64,000 nt of DNA, from assembly GCA_003427395.1 (NCBI GenBank), contig BFEA01000018.1, forward strand, positions 1,121,382 to 1,185,381, in the 5' to 3' direction. This DNA is from Chara braunii (lineage: Eukaryota > Plantae > Charophyceae). The notes below the pieces were generated by a model, which saw nothing but the letters and a program-made list of their open reading frames with translations, did not search any database and was not told the DNA's origin. This document shows positions 53,436 to 64,000 of this stretch, piece after piece. Every line of letters starts with the position of its first letter. Within the stretch, counting starts at the first letter, position 1. Made by a program: the position numbers and the translations under genes.

Positions 53436-53900
53436 NNNNNNNNNNNNNNNNNNNNNNNNNNNNNNNNNNNNNNNNNNNNNNNNNNNNNNNNNNNNNNNNN
53501 NNNNNNNNNNNNNNNNNNNNNNNNNNNNNNNNNNNNNNNNNNNNNNNNNNNNNNNNNNNNNNNNNNNNNNNNNNNNNNNNNNNNNNNNNNNNNNNNNNNN
53601 NNNNNNNNNNNNNNNNNNNNNNNNNNNNNNNNNNNNNNNNNNNNNNNNNNNNNNNNNNNNNNNNNNNNNNNNNNNNNNNNNNNNNNNNNNNNNNNNNNNN
53701 NNNNNNNNNNNNNNNNNNNNNNNNNNNNNNNNNNNNNNNNNNNNNNNNNNNNNNNNNNNNNNNNNNNNNNNNNNNNNNNNNNNNNNNNNNNNNNNNNNNN
53801 NNNNNNNNNNNNNNNNNNNNNNNNNNNNNNNNNNNNNNNNNNNNNNNNNNNNNNNNNNNNNNNNNNNNNNNNNNNNNNNNNNNNNNNNNNNNNNNNNNCA

Positions 53901-53943
<43 letters not shown>

Positions 53944-54829
53944 CCCCCAACCCACACCCCATGCCAGAAGCACGACTTGCGCCAACGGGTCAAACGCGTT
54001 TACCCACGTTCAATGAACGGGCGTTCAAATACTGAACGTAAAACGTGCGTTCAATGAACACACGGTAACACAGAGCAACACACACTCATGAGGGAAGACG
54101 AACACAATGCAAGTTTGACTGCGGCATAGCAACTAACATTGTTGATCGAGAAATCATTACCATCAAATAATCCCCGATTACCCATAATCAAATGGAAGCC
54201 GTCGAATAAGACAAGGGTCAATTGTCCATCAAGCAAGAAAAAGCTTCATGTAGCTGTCGAGATGAGGCTTTGTCTCCCTCGTGGAACGTGTATGACACAC
54301 AATATGACCTTTTCAATTGCTTGCATGAGAGTAAATTATATTGCTGATCGTTATATAAATGTATAATTCGTCGCGGATTGCATGCTTTGTCGGTGCAGCC
54401 GTTGTTGTCGAGAAACAAAAGAAGACGCCCCTCACCCGTAATGATCCCAAGCCAACTATCTTGAGGATGTTTAAGGTTGTAGGAATAAATCTCAAAGAAT
54501 GATAGAAATAACATCGCCAAGGTTGTCGTTTGTCTTTTGTAGAAGCGAGCAACGGGAGTGAAGTACATGAGCATGCACAAAATTGATGATGTTCTCATGA
54601 CATCAGGCGATGTTGCCCTGGGCACTTTTTGTATGAGAGTCTTAAACCTGTTGTTATTGTTTTCGTGTGTATTCCAAACCAATGCTTGATTCGTCAGACA
54701 CCTCTATCGACAGTAAGTCATAATGAAGGCAAAGTGCAATATGTGGAGAAGATCGTTCGCAGGGCTGAAAAAGCTGCAATTTTTGAAACCGGAACTTAAA
54801 AGGTACCTTGAAGGTGGAAAAGAAGGACT

Positions 54830-55411
54830 TGATGACACTCATTGAGGATGAATGTTGGTTGAACGATGAGGTCGTCAATTAACATTTGTTGGCACTTCAA
54901 ATCGATGACGATTTGAAAAGACAATTATTAAGATTTAGAGAGGAGATTATAAATGATAGTTCGAGTAACATTACAGTTGTATATATATCTCAAATCCTTT
55001 TTTCTATACAAGGTTATTATCGGAGTTCTTCGAAGAACTCACGTTTCTTGCTGTCATAGGTTGGTAGAGAGATGTAAACCTTTTCCATTTCAACTTCGTT
55101 ATGATCCCGCTCAATTTTGGAAACCACCGAGATTTAGCATTAATGGTCATATTTTTGAATTCCAACTTATAGACTGTCTTCCTCATATCGGTCGTATGAA
55201 ATCGCTCAAAACATTAGCCACCTTCTTCAAAACGGAGTTCCGTCGTCAACATTTCCACGATAGATATAACGTAGATAAGCCAATAATATCTTGGAGGGGA
55301 TTGGTTGATGGAGTGTCAACCCAAGCAGACTGTTGTAGTTGTGGCGTGTTTACGTTAGCTTTTGCGTCATTGATAGCGTCCGAGCAATTATCTCCATTGA
55401 ATTTCTCGTAA
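54830..55411 (+). pseudogene. Ulp1/SENP-family (C48) cysteine peptidase relic, probably transposon-borne
   Basis: LMTLIEDECWLNDEVVN* (WLNDEVIN motif), NGH..IDCL, QADCCSCGVFTLAFA (Q-x4-CGVF catalytic Cys motif). Confidence 0.75.
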
Positions 55412-55686
55412 GTCGGCATATGCGATTCAGAATGGTATTTGACATTTTGTCAATGCTTAAGGATGAGTTCACAAATTAATAAACTGCTTCAAAACTTTGT
55501 TATTTGTACCATGACAGTTGTGATCATGCAATTTTCCATACTACAAAGTTTTATTACTTCTTTTGGTTTAAAGTTTTGTACTTTTCAGCTTTATTTTGTG
55601 TCTTCTCTACTCATTTTCCTCTATTTCTCGTGGTCTCCATTTCTCATGGTCTCCATTTCTCATAATTCTCTGGTTTTTTTTTTATG

Positions 55687-55879
55687 GGGAAACTACGCGG
55701 GAGTCACAAAAATGTGCTATAATTGCACTATGGGCCAAGATACAGTTTCAAATTGCAGTTCAGGCAATGTATACAACCCAACTTTCTGACTAGGTAGGGT
55801 GCCTAAAGTGCAATTGCAAACTGTATCTTGGCCCATACTGCAATTATAACTCATTTGTGTGACTCCCACGTAGTTACCC
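55687..55879. mobile_element. Intact MITE, almost fully palindromic
   Basis: TIRs GGGAAACTACGCGGGAGTCAC / GTGACTCCCACGTAGTTACCC; long matching inner arms (TATGGGCCAAGATACAGTTT / AAACTGTATCTTGGCCCATA). Confidence 0.9.
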
Positions 55880-55982
55880 TTTTTTGCATTTATCGTTCGT
55901 TCTCTATTTTCAACTTAAAGAAAAATGGAACATGAAAACAACACCGTTATCTATACCCGCACAGTCAATCTCCTAAGAAGAC

Positions 55983-56160
55983 AGGGGTAATCAATGTTGG
56001 CGGTCACAACACAACGATCTAGATAATAAACTTTCTCTAGCAGGTGCAGCTCCCCACCAATAGATGGAGCAGCTGGTGGCTACTATTAGTCGGGGCTTCT
56101 CATATCACCCCTTCTAGTAGACAGCCAAGGCTTTCAAAACAAAAAGAGAAAAAAAAAAAA
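55983..56160 (+). repeat. LINE 3'-tail motif copy (lacks first hairpin)
   Basis: GGGGTAATCAATGTTGGC..CAGGTGCAGCTCCCCACCAATAGATGGAGC..A tail. Confidence 0.8.
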
Positions 56161-56481
56161 GAGGAGAGAAGTTTTGGGAAGAGTTATCAGAATAGGCTGG
56201 CGCACTTTGAAGCAGTTTGCGACATGCCAAATCTATGGTCAATGGAGGGAGCTAATCCCCAGCTTGTTCTCAAACTACCAGTACATTTGAGGCAAACTTC
56301 ACGAGCCTCGAACCCCCATGCGCGCCAAGCTTTGCTGAAACACCAACACAACGTTTTTTGTTTCTTTTGGCTGGCGCAGACAACCATTTTGGTCTTGTAG
56401 CACCGTTCATCCAAACTGTCTGGATTGTTGGCTGGGGCCATATACTAGTGGTTTAATCAAGGAGAAACTATATATATATAT

Positions 56482-56826
56482 ATCGTCACAAACAGAACTG
56501 CCCGGTAAACCGTAGGCAGAGAGAGAGAAGAAGACAACAAACGAGGGGCTGTGACAAACTGTATATATATATATGTGTGATGGGNTGTGAACCGACAGTC
56601 TGTAGAGTTTTCCATCTGGTGTGGGTGAGTGATAGTCTACTTTGATTTTGGTTAAGGTAGATTATCATTTACAGTGTAATCAGTGAAGGGATTCTGCAGA
56701 CTGTTGAGGGTTCAGCCTCCTGATGAGTCGGTGAAACTCCGACGCAACAGTTTGCCACAGCCCCTCGTTTGTTGTCCTCTTCTCTCTCTGCCTACGGTTT
56801 ACCGGGCAGTTCTGTTTGTGACGATA
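56482..56826 (+). mobile_element. Small non-coding hammerhead-bearing element with about 80-bp inverted repeats in (TA)n
   Basis: 56482-56561 is the reverse complement of 56748-56826; (TA)n lies at both ends and after the left arm. Confidence 0.8.
56696..56755 (+). ncRNA. Type III hammerhead ribozyme (copy 2, mutated)
   Basis: GCAGACTG-TT-GAGG-GTTCAG-CCTC-CTGATGA-GTCGG-TGAAACT-CCGAC-GCAA-CAGTTTGC: all stems intact, GAAA changed to GCAA, triplet GUU. Confidence 0.85.
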
Positions 56827-56837
56827 TATATATAAAT

Positions 56838-56926
56838 ATTTTAACACTTCCTCCAGTGCTAGCGTTGCTGGTAAGAGCAGACACCGCTAGCACCCAGGGA
56901 AAGGGTCAATCTGTTGGTGGGGAGGT
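56838..56926 (-). repeat. LINE 3'-tail motif copy truncated by the LTR insertion
   Basis: Minus strand ACCTCCCCACCAACAGATTGA..GTGCTAGCGGTG-TCTGCTCTTACCAG-CAACGCTAGCAC..GTGTTAAAA. Confidence 0.8.
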
Positions 56927-58516
56927 TGTGACGCCCAACCTCACGCCCCCGCGACTTCTTGATCGGAGTGGAATGGTGGCGGCGGGGGCATGGAAGTGCG
57001 AAGGGGGGTGTGCCAAGGATTTTGGGAATGTGGGGGTAGAGTCGCAGGTCGGAACTCGGATCTCTTGCGACAAGTTTCAGGGACAGTTGTGCAAGATGGT
57101 AGAGGCGGGGCGGGTCTGGCTTTTATGCCTTCGGAAGTGAAGTTACCATCCCCGTGGGGTTCCGCGGTGGGGCCGGGCTCGGATTTGATGAACCGGTGGA
57201 AACTCTATGGGGGTCGCGCTGCCTGAACAGCTGTTGGCGTCGCTCGTGGCAAGCCTCGGAATCCGACGAGGCCGGTCTGAAACGGAGGTTGTGTGCTCGC
57301 TGCTCGGCCTCGGTCCGGGTTCGTCGAACGAACCCCGCGGCTCGGTACTCGATGTCTTGCTGGCACTCGGAGCACGAGGTTCGGGGCTAGTAGGGGGCGA
57401 TCGCGTGCCAAGGGATGGCAGTCAGACAATGAAAAGGCAATACGAGGCGATAGGGAGGGAAGTCCGTTTCAAGAATGACGATACTGGGTTACGTGTGAGC
57501 TGGGGAATTGGGAGGGAAATCGGATTGCGCTTAAGGCCCGTTCAATGTCCCATTCACAGACCCGTTCATCCCCTGTCCGATAGGGAAATTTGGAAGGATT
57601 GGTCTGGGTCGTGCGAGAAGACAGGCGTTCTCCCACTCCAAGTGCTCCCGGAATCGCTTGTGCCTTAGAGTCTCAGACATTTTGGATCCGTGATATGAAA
57701 CGGAATTTCCTTATCCACGCCGTCGTAAATTTTGTCATGGAGTCTGGAAGCGGGTCTTCCAGATACGCATATGGGCAACGTCCTTCGCGGTCGCGCTTAC
57801 ACGTGCGTGCACAAGATCGCGCTCTCAGTCAGATGGACCCGGATCAGATGGCTATTTTTGGACGGGACAGTCATGCATCGAATCGAATGTTCGCTCCTCG
57901 GTCGAGACATACATCCATTGAGACGACAAAGTTTCCCATCAGACTTATCCATATGACCTCGAAAGAAAATGGGAATGAGAAATCGACATGTACTCATGCT
58001 TTAAATCCATCCATTTACAAGGAGAACGACATGCATTATCATTAAGCCAAAGAGCTCGCAAAGATCTATCGCAAGCGCCCGAGGGTCCAATACGCCCAAA
58101 ATCTTAATAAGGAGGAGGAAGTGAGAGAGAATAGATCGGGTGTATATCTACAGCCACGCAGGTAGGCGGCGGCCCTCAGGGTCAAACTTTCTCGGGCGGG
58201 CACACGATTAATCATACAATTTCCTAAAGAAGAGGGAAAATGGGGGCGAGAAGTCGGCAAGTACATATACATCACGCCACTTCAGCCTAACGAATCTTTC
58301 ATTCACATCATTGTAGCCCAGAGTGCACAAAAGTCATACTCAACCGATCATCGTACTCAATCCGACAAGTCACAGAGAAACAGAGATTCAGATGGAAAAT
58401 CAAGTCATCCATTCACCAAGGAGAAGGAAAGTCAGAGATAGCAGCGAGCAAAAAGATGGTTGGCCCCAATTGTCAAAATTACATAGGTGAGGGGAGAAAA
58501 GACATCATCCCGACAC

Positions 58517-58584
<68 letters not shown>

Positions 58585-58769
58585 NNNNNNNNNNNNNNNN
58601 NNNNNNNNNNNNNNNNNNNNNNNNNNNNNNNNNNNNNNNNNNNNNNNNNNNNNNNNNNNNNNNNNNNNNNNNNNNNNNNNNNNNNNNNNNNNNNNNNNNN
58701 NNNNNNNNNNNNNNNNNNNNNNNNNNNNNNNNNNNNNNNNNNNNNNNNNNNNNNNNNNNNNNNNNNNNN

Positions 58770-58848
<79 letters not shown>

Positions 58849-59852
58849 CATCACCTCCGATGCAAGCGGTCCGTCGCCTCGCATCAACACAGAGTTGTCA
58901 CTCCGCTTGGTTCGAGCATACAAGCCAGGTTCGCCCGTGCGCCACAGTCTGTCGCGTCCCTCCCGCACGTCAACGCCGCATACCTGGCACCAGCTCGTCG
59001 GATTGCCCAACTCTCTCGTCTACTCACCTTCCGAGCTTACTCATTAGTCGATCCTCATTGACCACGCTAACTTCTAAATTCATAGAGAGCAAACTTATCG
59101 CGCTGTTGAAATTTATAGCATGCATGCTTGCGCGAAAACCCGGGATTATGCCTGAGCATGGGAAAAAAGAAAGTGCCTATGTCTGCATGGTCGGGCCACA
59201 ACGCGGGAAACGGAGCCACGCTCCGCGCATCGGTCCAGTCATGCAACTTTGGAACCAATTAAAACAGAGAAGGAAGCGTGCATGCGCAGGCGAAGGTGGG
59301 GTGGGGAAAAATACATCAAGAACGAGAAAATTACAGTTGCAATTCCACCCACCAAAAGTTAAAGTTACGCGCAGGATTAAGGCATGGAGAAGTCAGAGTC
59401 CAGATCCTGTTGTGGTAAGGCGCGCGCAAGCAAGAAGCGTCATGCAACCAGATTGCGAGGTACCTAAATTCCCAGCCTAAATCCTAATTACAAAAGGAAA
59501 TTCCGAAAGAAAGCAATTCCGAGAGCCCGCGGGCGCTCGATACTAGTTTGAAAATTAAAAAACGACGTTCCCGCGCGATGATCGCGCCAAAATTCCCAGT
59601 TTCCACAGCAGAACAAGAAAGAAGCTATGGCAACAACAATTATCTTTCACGCTCGCCAAGGAGCGGTCACTTTAACTGCCTACCTGGGATTTTTCCGACC
59701 CTGGTCCGGAAGTCCAAAAAGAAAGAAGCGAGGGCATCCATGCAACTTGCCCGGCTGACCCATCCAAATGCTTCTCACCCGACCAACCCATCCGAACCTC
59801 TGAAGCAGCTTCGCGCAGAAAGTCGCGCAGTTACGGGAAACAGTTCGTCACA
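56927..59852 (-). mobile_element. LTR (same family as 20919-23767), probable 3' LTR of the adjacent Gypsy element
   Basis: Both termini match the solo LTR in reverse; no TSD; contiguous with minus-strand pol. Confidence 0.88.
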
Positions 59853-60873
59853 TATGTGACGCCCAGGGGGTTCCAATCTCGAGCAATCTCCCACTTGCTC
59901 CTTCAATCGCCCGTTGATCTCGTGCGATCGACGCAGAGTTGACACGTGCCACTTACCGTAAGATGAGAGTGTGGAAGTCATCTAGGTGGCATTCACGACT
60001 CTGATTTAACGATTGCCAGGGAAGGGCAGTTGGATGACTGGAGGAGGGAGGGGAGGGTGAGCTTGGGGGAGGGCTGATAGAAAACAACTCCGCTCTCGAT
60101 CTCCAGTGGGGAGCCGGGTGTAATGGATAGTGCAATGTATGCGAGGGAAGCGGTGATCCTGGAGGCAAGGTAGTCGGGATAGAGAGTGCATAGGGTGCGG
60201 GGGATCGCGGCAGGAAGATCTTCATACCCTTCGCACGCGGGGATTACGCCTGAGATTATACAATATATTTCTATGTTGTTGTAATCTCGCCATGCCGCGC
60301 TGAAGAGGAGGATGTGGAGGGGGAAATGGGTTACGATGGATTGAGTGGAGGCGTGCGGGAACTTCCGGGAAGATGGTGACTCCAAGACGGGTAGAGTAGA
60401 GCTGGTGGAAGAGAGAAGGGGGAAAAGGATGCCAGTTGCAGGGGAACGGGGGCCATCCTGCGATTTGGTGGATGGCGAGGTAATCAAGGGGACGGCGGAC
60501 GAAGCCCGAGTGCCCGCATCTCCACGTAGGCGACCGGTGGGCCTCTTAGGTGGAGGGGATTGAGCCGGCGTTGGACTTCTTCTGCGGCATCTGCCTCTAG
60601 ATCCCTCCATTGTGGCAACGCCATCTCCTCCGGACTCCTCTTGCAGTAGCTCTGGGTTGCGCGTTAGATCGTCTTGCAACAGCCTCACACCTGGCTCGTC
60701 CGACTCTTGTACCGGGCGCTTCTCTTCCGCCCTCTCCCGTCTCCTTTGAGCCACTGCTTCGTCTTCCTCTGTTCGCCGGAACCGCCCGATTCGTCCGACC
60801 CACTTCCCTCCAACCCGGTTTCCTCTGATTCGTGATAGTCCGGGTCGTCCGTTCCAGCCTCCGAGTCTTCTTC

Positions 60874-61814
60874 TTATTCGTTTGTGTCTTTCCTCTCTTC
60901 CTCCTCTTCTTCTCCTTCTTCTTCCTTCTCTCCCTTTCCTACCTTCACTCGTCGAATGATCGGATCCCACGAGGTGATATCGGTCACATCGATGACCAAA
61001 TAGTCGCCCGACAAAGGGAGGTAGATGTTATCGTCGTCGAGTTCCGTGCACATGGACCACAATAGTTGTGGGGCCAACGTTCGAGGGAGCGCCGCGGGCG
61101 TGGATCGTTCGTTGCAGCGCGACACGATCTCCAGAGGTAGATCGTCCACGAGCTGGGCCAGGAACACCAAAACTTCGCTTGTAATCGGCTCGAGATATCC
61201 GTCGCACACTTTCCCGAAGAGTATCCCCAACAGCTCCCCCTCCGTGACCGTCCTCCAGGTTTGGACGATCAGCAGCTCCACATCATCATTGGGAACTTCG
61301 TCTTCCTCATCTTTATCTGCCGGCTCGGCCCAATGAAACACCAGCTCAAGAAGGCAAAAGTTGAGCGCAACGTACGTGTGCCACCACTCCGCCCACTTGC
61401 TCGCGTCGAGGATTGGTACGTCCAATCGCCTGATTCGAAAGGAGAGATGAGGGTCCGTAGCGGACTGCCAGAAGGTAGGGAGATTGGAAGGAATCTCGAA
61501 GGTCGAAAGGCGATGCTGGTTCATTGAGGCGCCGTAAAAGGAAGAAGTTGCGGGAGGATGATCTCCGGCGTGTCAGGAGAGATCCGGAGTTGGCTGAGGT
61601 CGATGTCGTTGGTGGAGTTGATCCGATCACCCGGTTGGGCTAACAGTTGGACCCAGGCGACCGTGAGATCCCGCGCCCAGAGTCGCAACTGCCGAAAGAC
61701 GCCTGTATGAGCCGCCGGATGCAAAGCCGTAAGATCGCCGATGAAGGAGACGATCACTGTCACGTGGCTGACACCCGGTGGAGACAGCCGCAGGAAGGCC
61801 GACACCTCGGCCAA
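60874..61814 (-). pseudogene. Extra ORF relic between Gypsy pol and the 3' LTR, unknown function
   Basis: Consecutive protein-like ORFs (97 aa and 216 aa, ending in an acidic tract) on the pol strand. Confidence 0.5.
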
Positions 61815-62001
61815 TACTCTTGCTCGCTCGTTGGTTCGTGTGAACCAAAACTCCGTCGTCGAGTGGATGGTCGCCGTACTGAAGAAAGCCCGAATCGGAG
61901 TAGATATGGACTAAATGGTGGCCGTTGCACCTATTGTATCGACGAGATGTGCCTCCCGGGTCTCATTAGTCGTTCGCCGATGACCTGCTCAGTAGAAAAG
62001 C

Positions 62002-64000
62002 TCATGGCGATGGGGAAGAAGGTGGGGATGAAAGCTGAGAGGGAGGAAAATTAGAATATTCGAGTTCGAGGTCGTTGTCTTCTTCTTCGGAATCGAAGGA
62101 AGATGTGGACGAGGGGAAAGACGAAGAAAGAGGTAGGGGACAAAGACAGGAGACGTGTCGGATGATCGGTCGAGCCGATCGACTTCCTGAGACCTCTGGT
62201 GCAAGCCGCACCGTGTTCACTCCGCTAGAACCGAGCTTGCTTACGATAAATCGCCCGAAGAACCGTGGCGCTAACTTGCCTTGGCGAGCACATTTCCTCA
62301 CCTGCACTATGTCCCCTAATTTGTGTTGGGGCCGGGGTCCAATGTTCCCATTTCGTGCATCGTAGCTCCCGACCTGTCGTCCGTGGGCCATTTCAGTTAT
62401 TCGCTGTCTCTTTCGGGCTAACCGGGGGAGGGCCCTTTCCATCAATTCCAGNTGGCGTTGGGCCTTATCCTTAATCGTCGCTCTAGTGGCCCGTCGCGGA
62501 AGGGTCATTTCATCATTTAGGCTCGGTAGGGCTACACAGGCCAAACTATTTGTCTGTAATTGGAAGGGGGTCAGGCCGGTAGACTCATGGTGTGTTTCCC
62601 GGTGAATAGCCAGGGTGTGGTCCACGATATCTCGGGCCAAGGCCTCGTGTCTCTTGCCTCGATATTACACCGCAATGTCGTCTTGATTACTCCGTTCAAG
62701 TTTTCTACCAGTCCATTCGATTGCGACATATGGGGCCAGTATTGCGGATGGAGACACCATGTAGGACCAGGGTCCTCAATACTTCCCCTTTGAATTCTGC
62801 CTCGTTGTCCGTTAGGATCTCCTCTGTGTCCTGATGCATTCCGAAAAAACGGTTGACATACCGTGCGATCTCCGCCGCCTATCGCGTCTTGCAAGGATAC
62901 TCCTCGATCTATTTAGAGGAATAATCTACGAATACCAAAAGAATTGAATATTCACAACTATTCTGTTTTGGGGGCACGACAATATCAGTGGTATCCATGC
63001 TGACCCTTTGGAATGGCCGTTCAACTACGGTGGGCACTATCAATCTTGGCGGCTGAATTGGCGCCTTTCGGCGGCATAGACCAGACAATTTCGGACGATG
63101 AATTTAACATCGTCACGAATATTGGACCAATACCATTCATTCTTATCAGTCGCCGACTCCGTAATCCGGACGCCGAAGTGGGCTGCAGTATCCTCGTGCG
63201 CCGACTTAACCCAGTCATAAACGGATTAGGCACGACCATCCAAATACCACTACCATCTGTCTTTCGCTTTTCTAACCGTCCCTCGTTCCATCGGTAATCC
63301 CGTTCCCTCTCATTGGCCCGTCTCCGATCCTCCTTGGTGAATTCTCGGAGGGGGTTTCCAACCAATGTAGCTATCAAAACGTCATATGTCTACACCTCAA
63401 CCCTCCTAAACCTACTGGTCTTTTCCAATCCCTCGGGCGTGGCTTAGAGGAATCGAGCTTCGGTCGGGATCTTATCAGTCTGGCATAAGGGACATAGCCA
63501 GGTTTTGTTTGCGTTCATGTATTGAATACAGGAGTCGTGGGCCCTTGAAACACACTGTTGACAATTTACCCATTCGACATATCCTTCCCCGCTAGGACGC
63601 ATAGGGACCGGGTAGACACGCGAGATTGCTTCGCAAAAATAACAAAATTTATCGGGCAGGGAGGGAAAAGGCAGAGATGAGAGGGGAGAGAGGGGTCCTT
63701 CAAAATTACGTCCACGTCCCATCGTCATTGTACCTGTCGATCACTGCTTCGAAGTTCGAGCGAGGATGGCCACTTGTCCGTACGAGGGTCGGCGGTTGGC
63801 TCCGGTTCCTTCCACGGAGTGATCTCTTCACCCCTGGCCACCTTGTTGGGTCGGTGCAACCGTGTCAGCCCGTCAGCGTTCCCGTGCTTCTCCATTTTTC
63901 GATGAACGATATCGAAATTGTATTCTTGCAATCGTACAGCCCAATGTCGAATCATGCCCGTGTAATTGGTAAGCCTCTTGAGGGTCAGCAGAGGCTCATG
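62002..64000 (-). pseudogene. Ty3/Gypsy pol C-terminal part: RNase H end, PHD finger, integrase
   Basis: RHWAVRLQEYNFDIVHRK..HGNADGLTR (RNase H end); AHEDTAAHFG..WYWSNIRDDVKFIVRNC (HHCC); ILTDNEAEFKG and QSNGLVENLN (DDE core); GKLAPRFFGRF (GPY/F motif). RH-INT order indicates Gypsy. Confidence 0.92.
63483..63644 (-). other. PHD finger (C4HC3) domain
   Basis: CYFC-x23-CQQC-x4-H-x2-C-x9-WLCPLC. Confidence 0.85.

Noticed and set aside
59993-60970. 325-aa minus-strand ORF
   Set aside because: Low-complexity R/E/S-rich frame, probably a shifted continuation of the extra ORF; not supportable as a separate gene.

Overview
Repeat-dense eukaryotic nuclear DNA with five assembly gaps and many microsatellites, and no intact host gene. 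It is most likely a streptophyte alga or plant; a charophyte such as Chara is my inference and is unverified. The window is a nest of decayed mobile elements: two near-full-length L1/Tx1-like LINEs (about 7.7-15.75 kb and 30.4-38.4 kb) plus truncated copies, a 2.85-kb solo LTR inserted into a MITE, a second copy of that LTR attached to a Ty3/Gypsy pol, a Harbinger transposase relic, a Ulp1-peptidase relic, a C5 DNA-methyltransferase fragment, and a small mitochondrial insertion (nad3-trnV-tRNA). Most interesting signals: (1) two type III hammerhead ribozymes in otherwise unrelated, microsatellite-anchored non-coding elements, each with an upstream sequence that could block the ribozyme fold; (2) a covarying three-hairpin/pseudoknot RNA motif at the 3' end of the divergent LINEs, present about 12 times; (3) a canonical PHD finger between RNase H and integrase of the Gypsy element; (4) a palindromic LTR-end duplicate where that element's polypurine tract should be. 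All calls were made by eye with no searches or folding runs, so boundaries are approximate unless termini are quoted.
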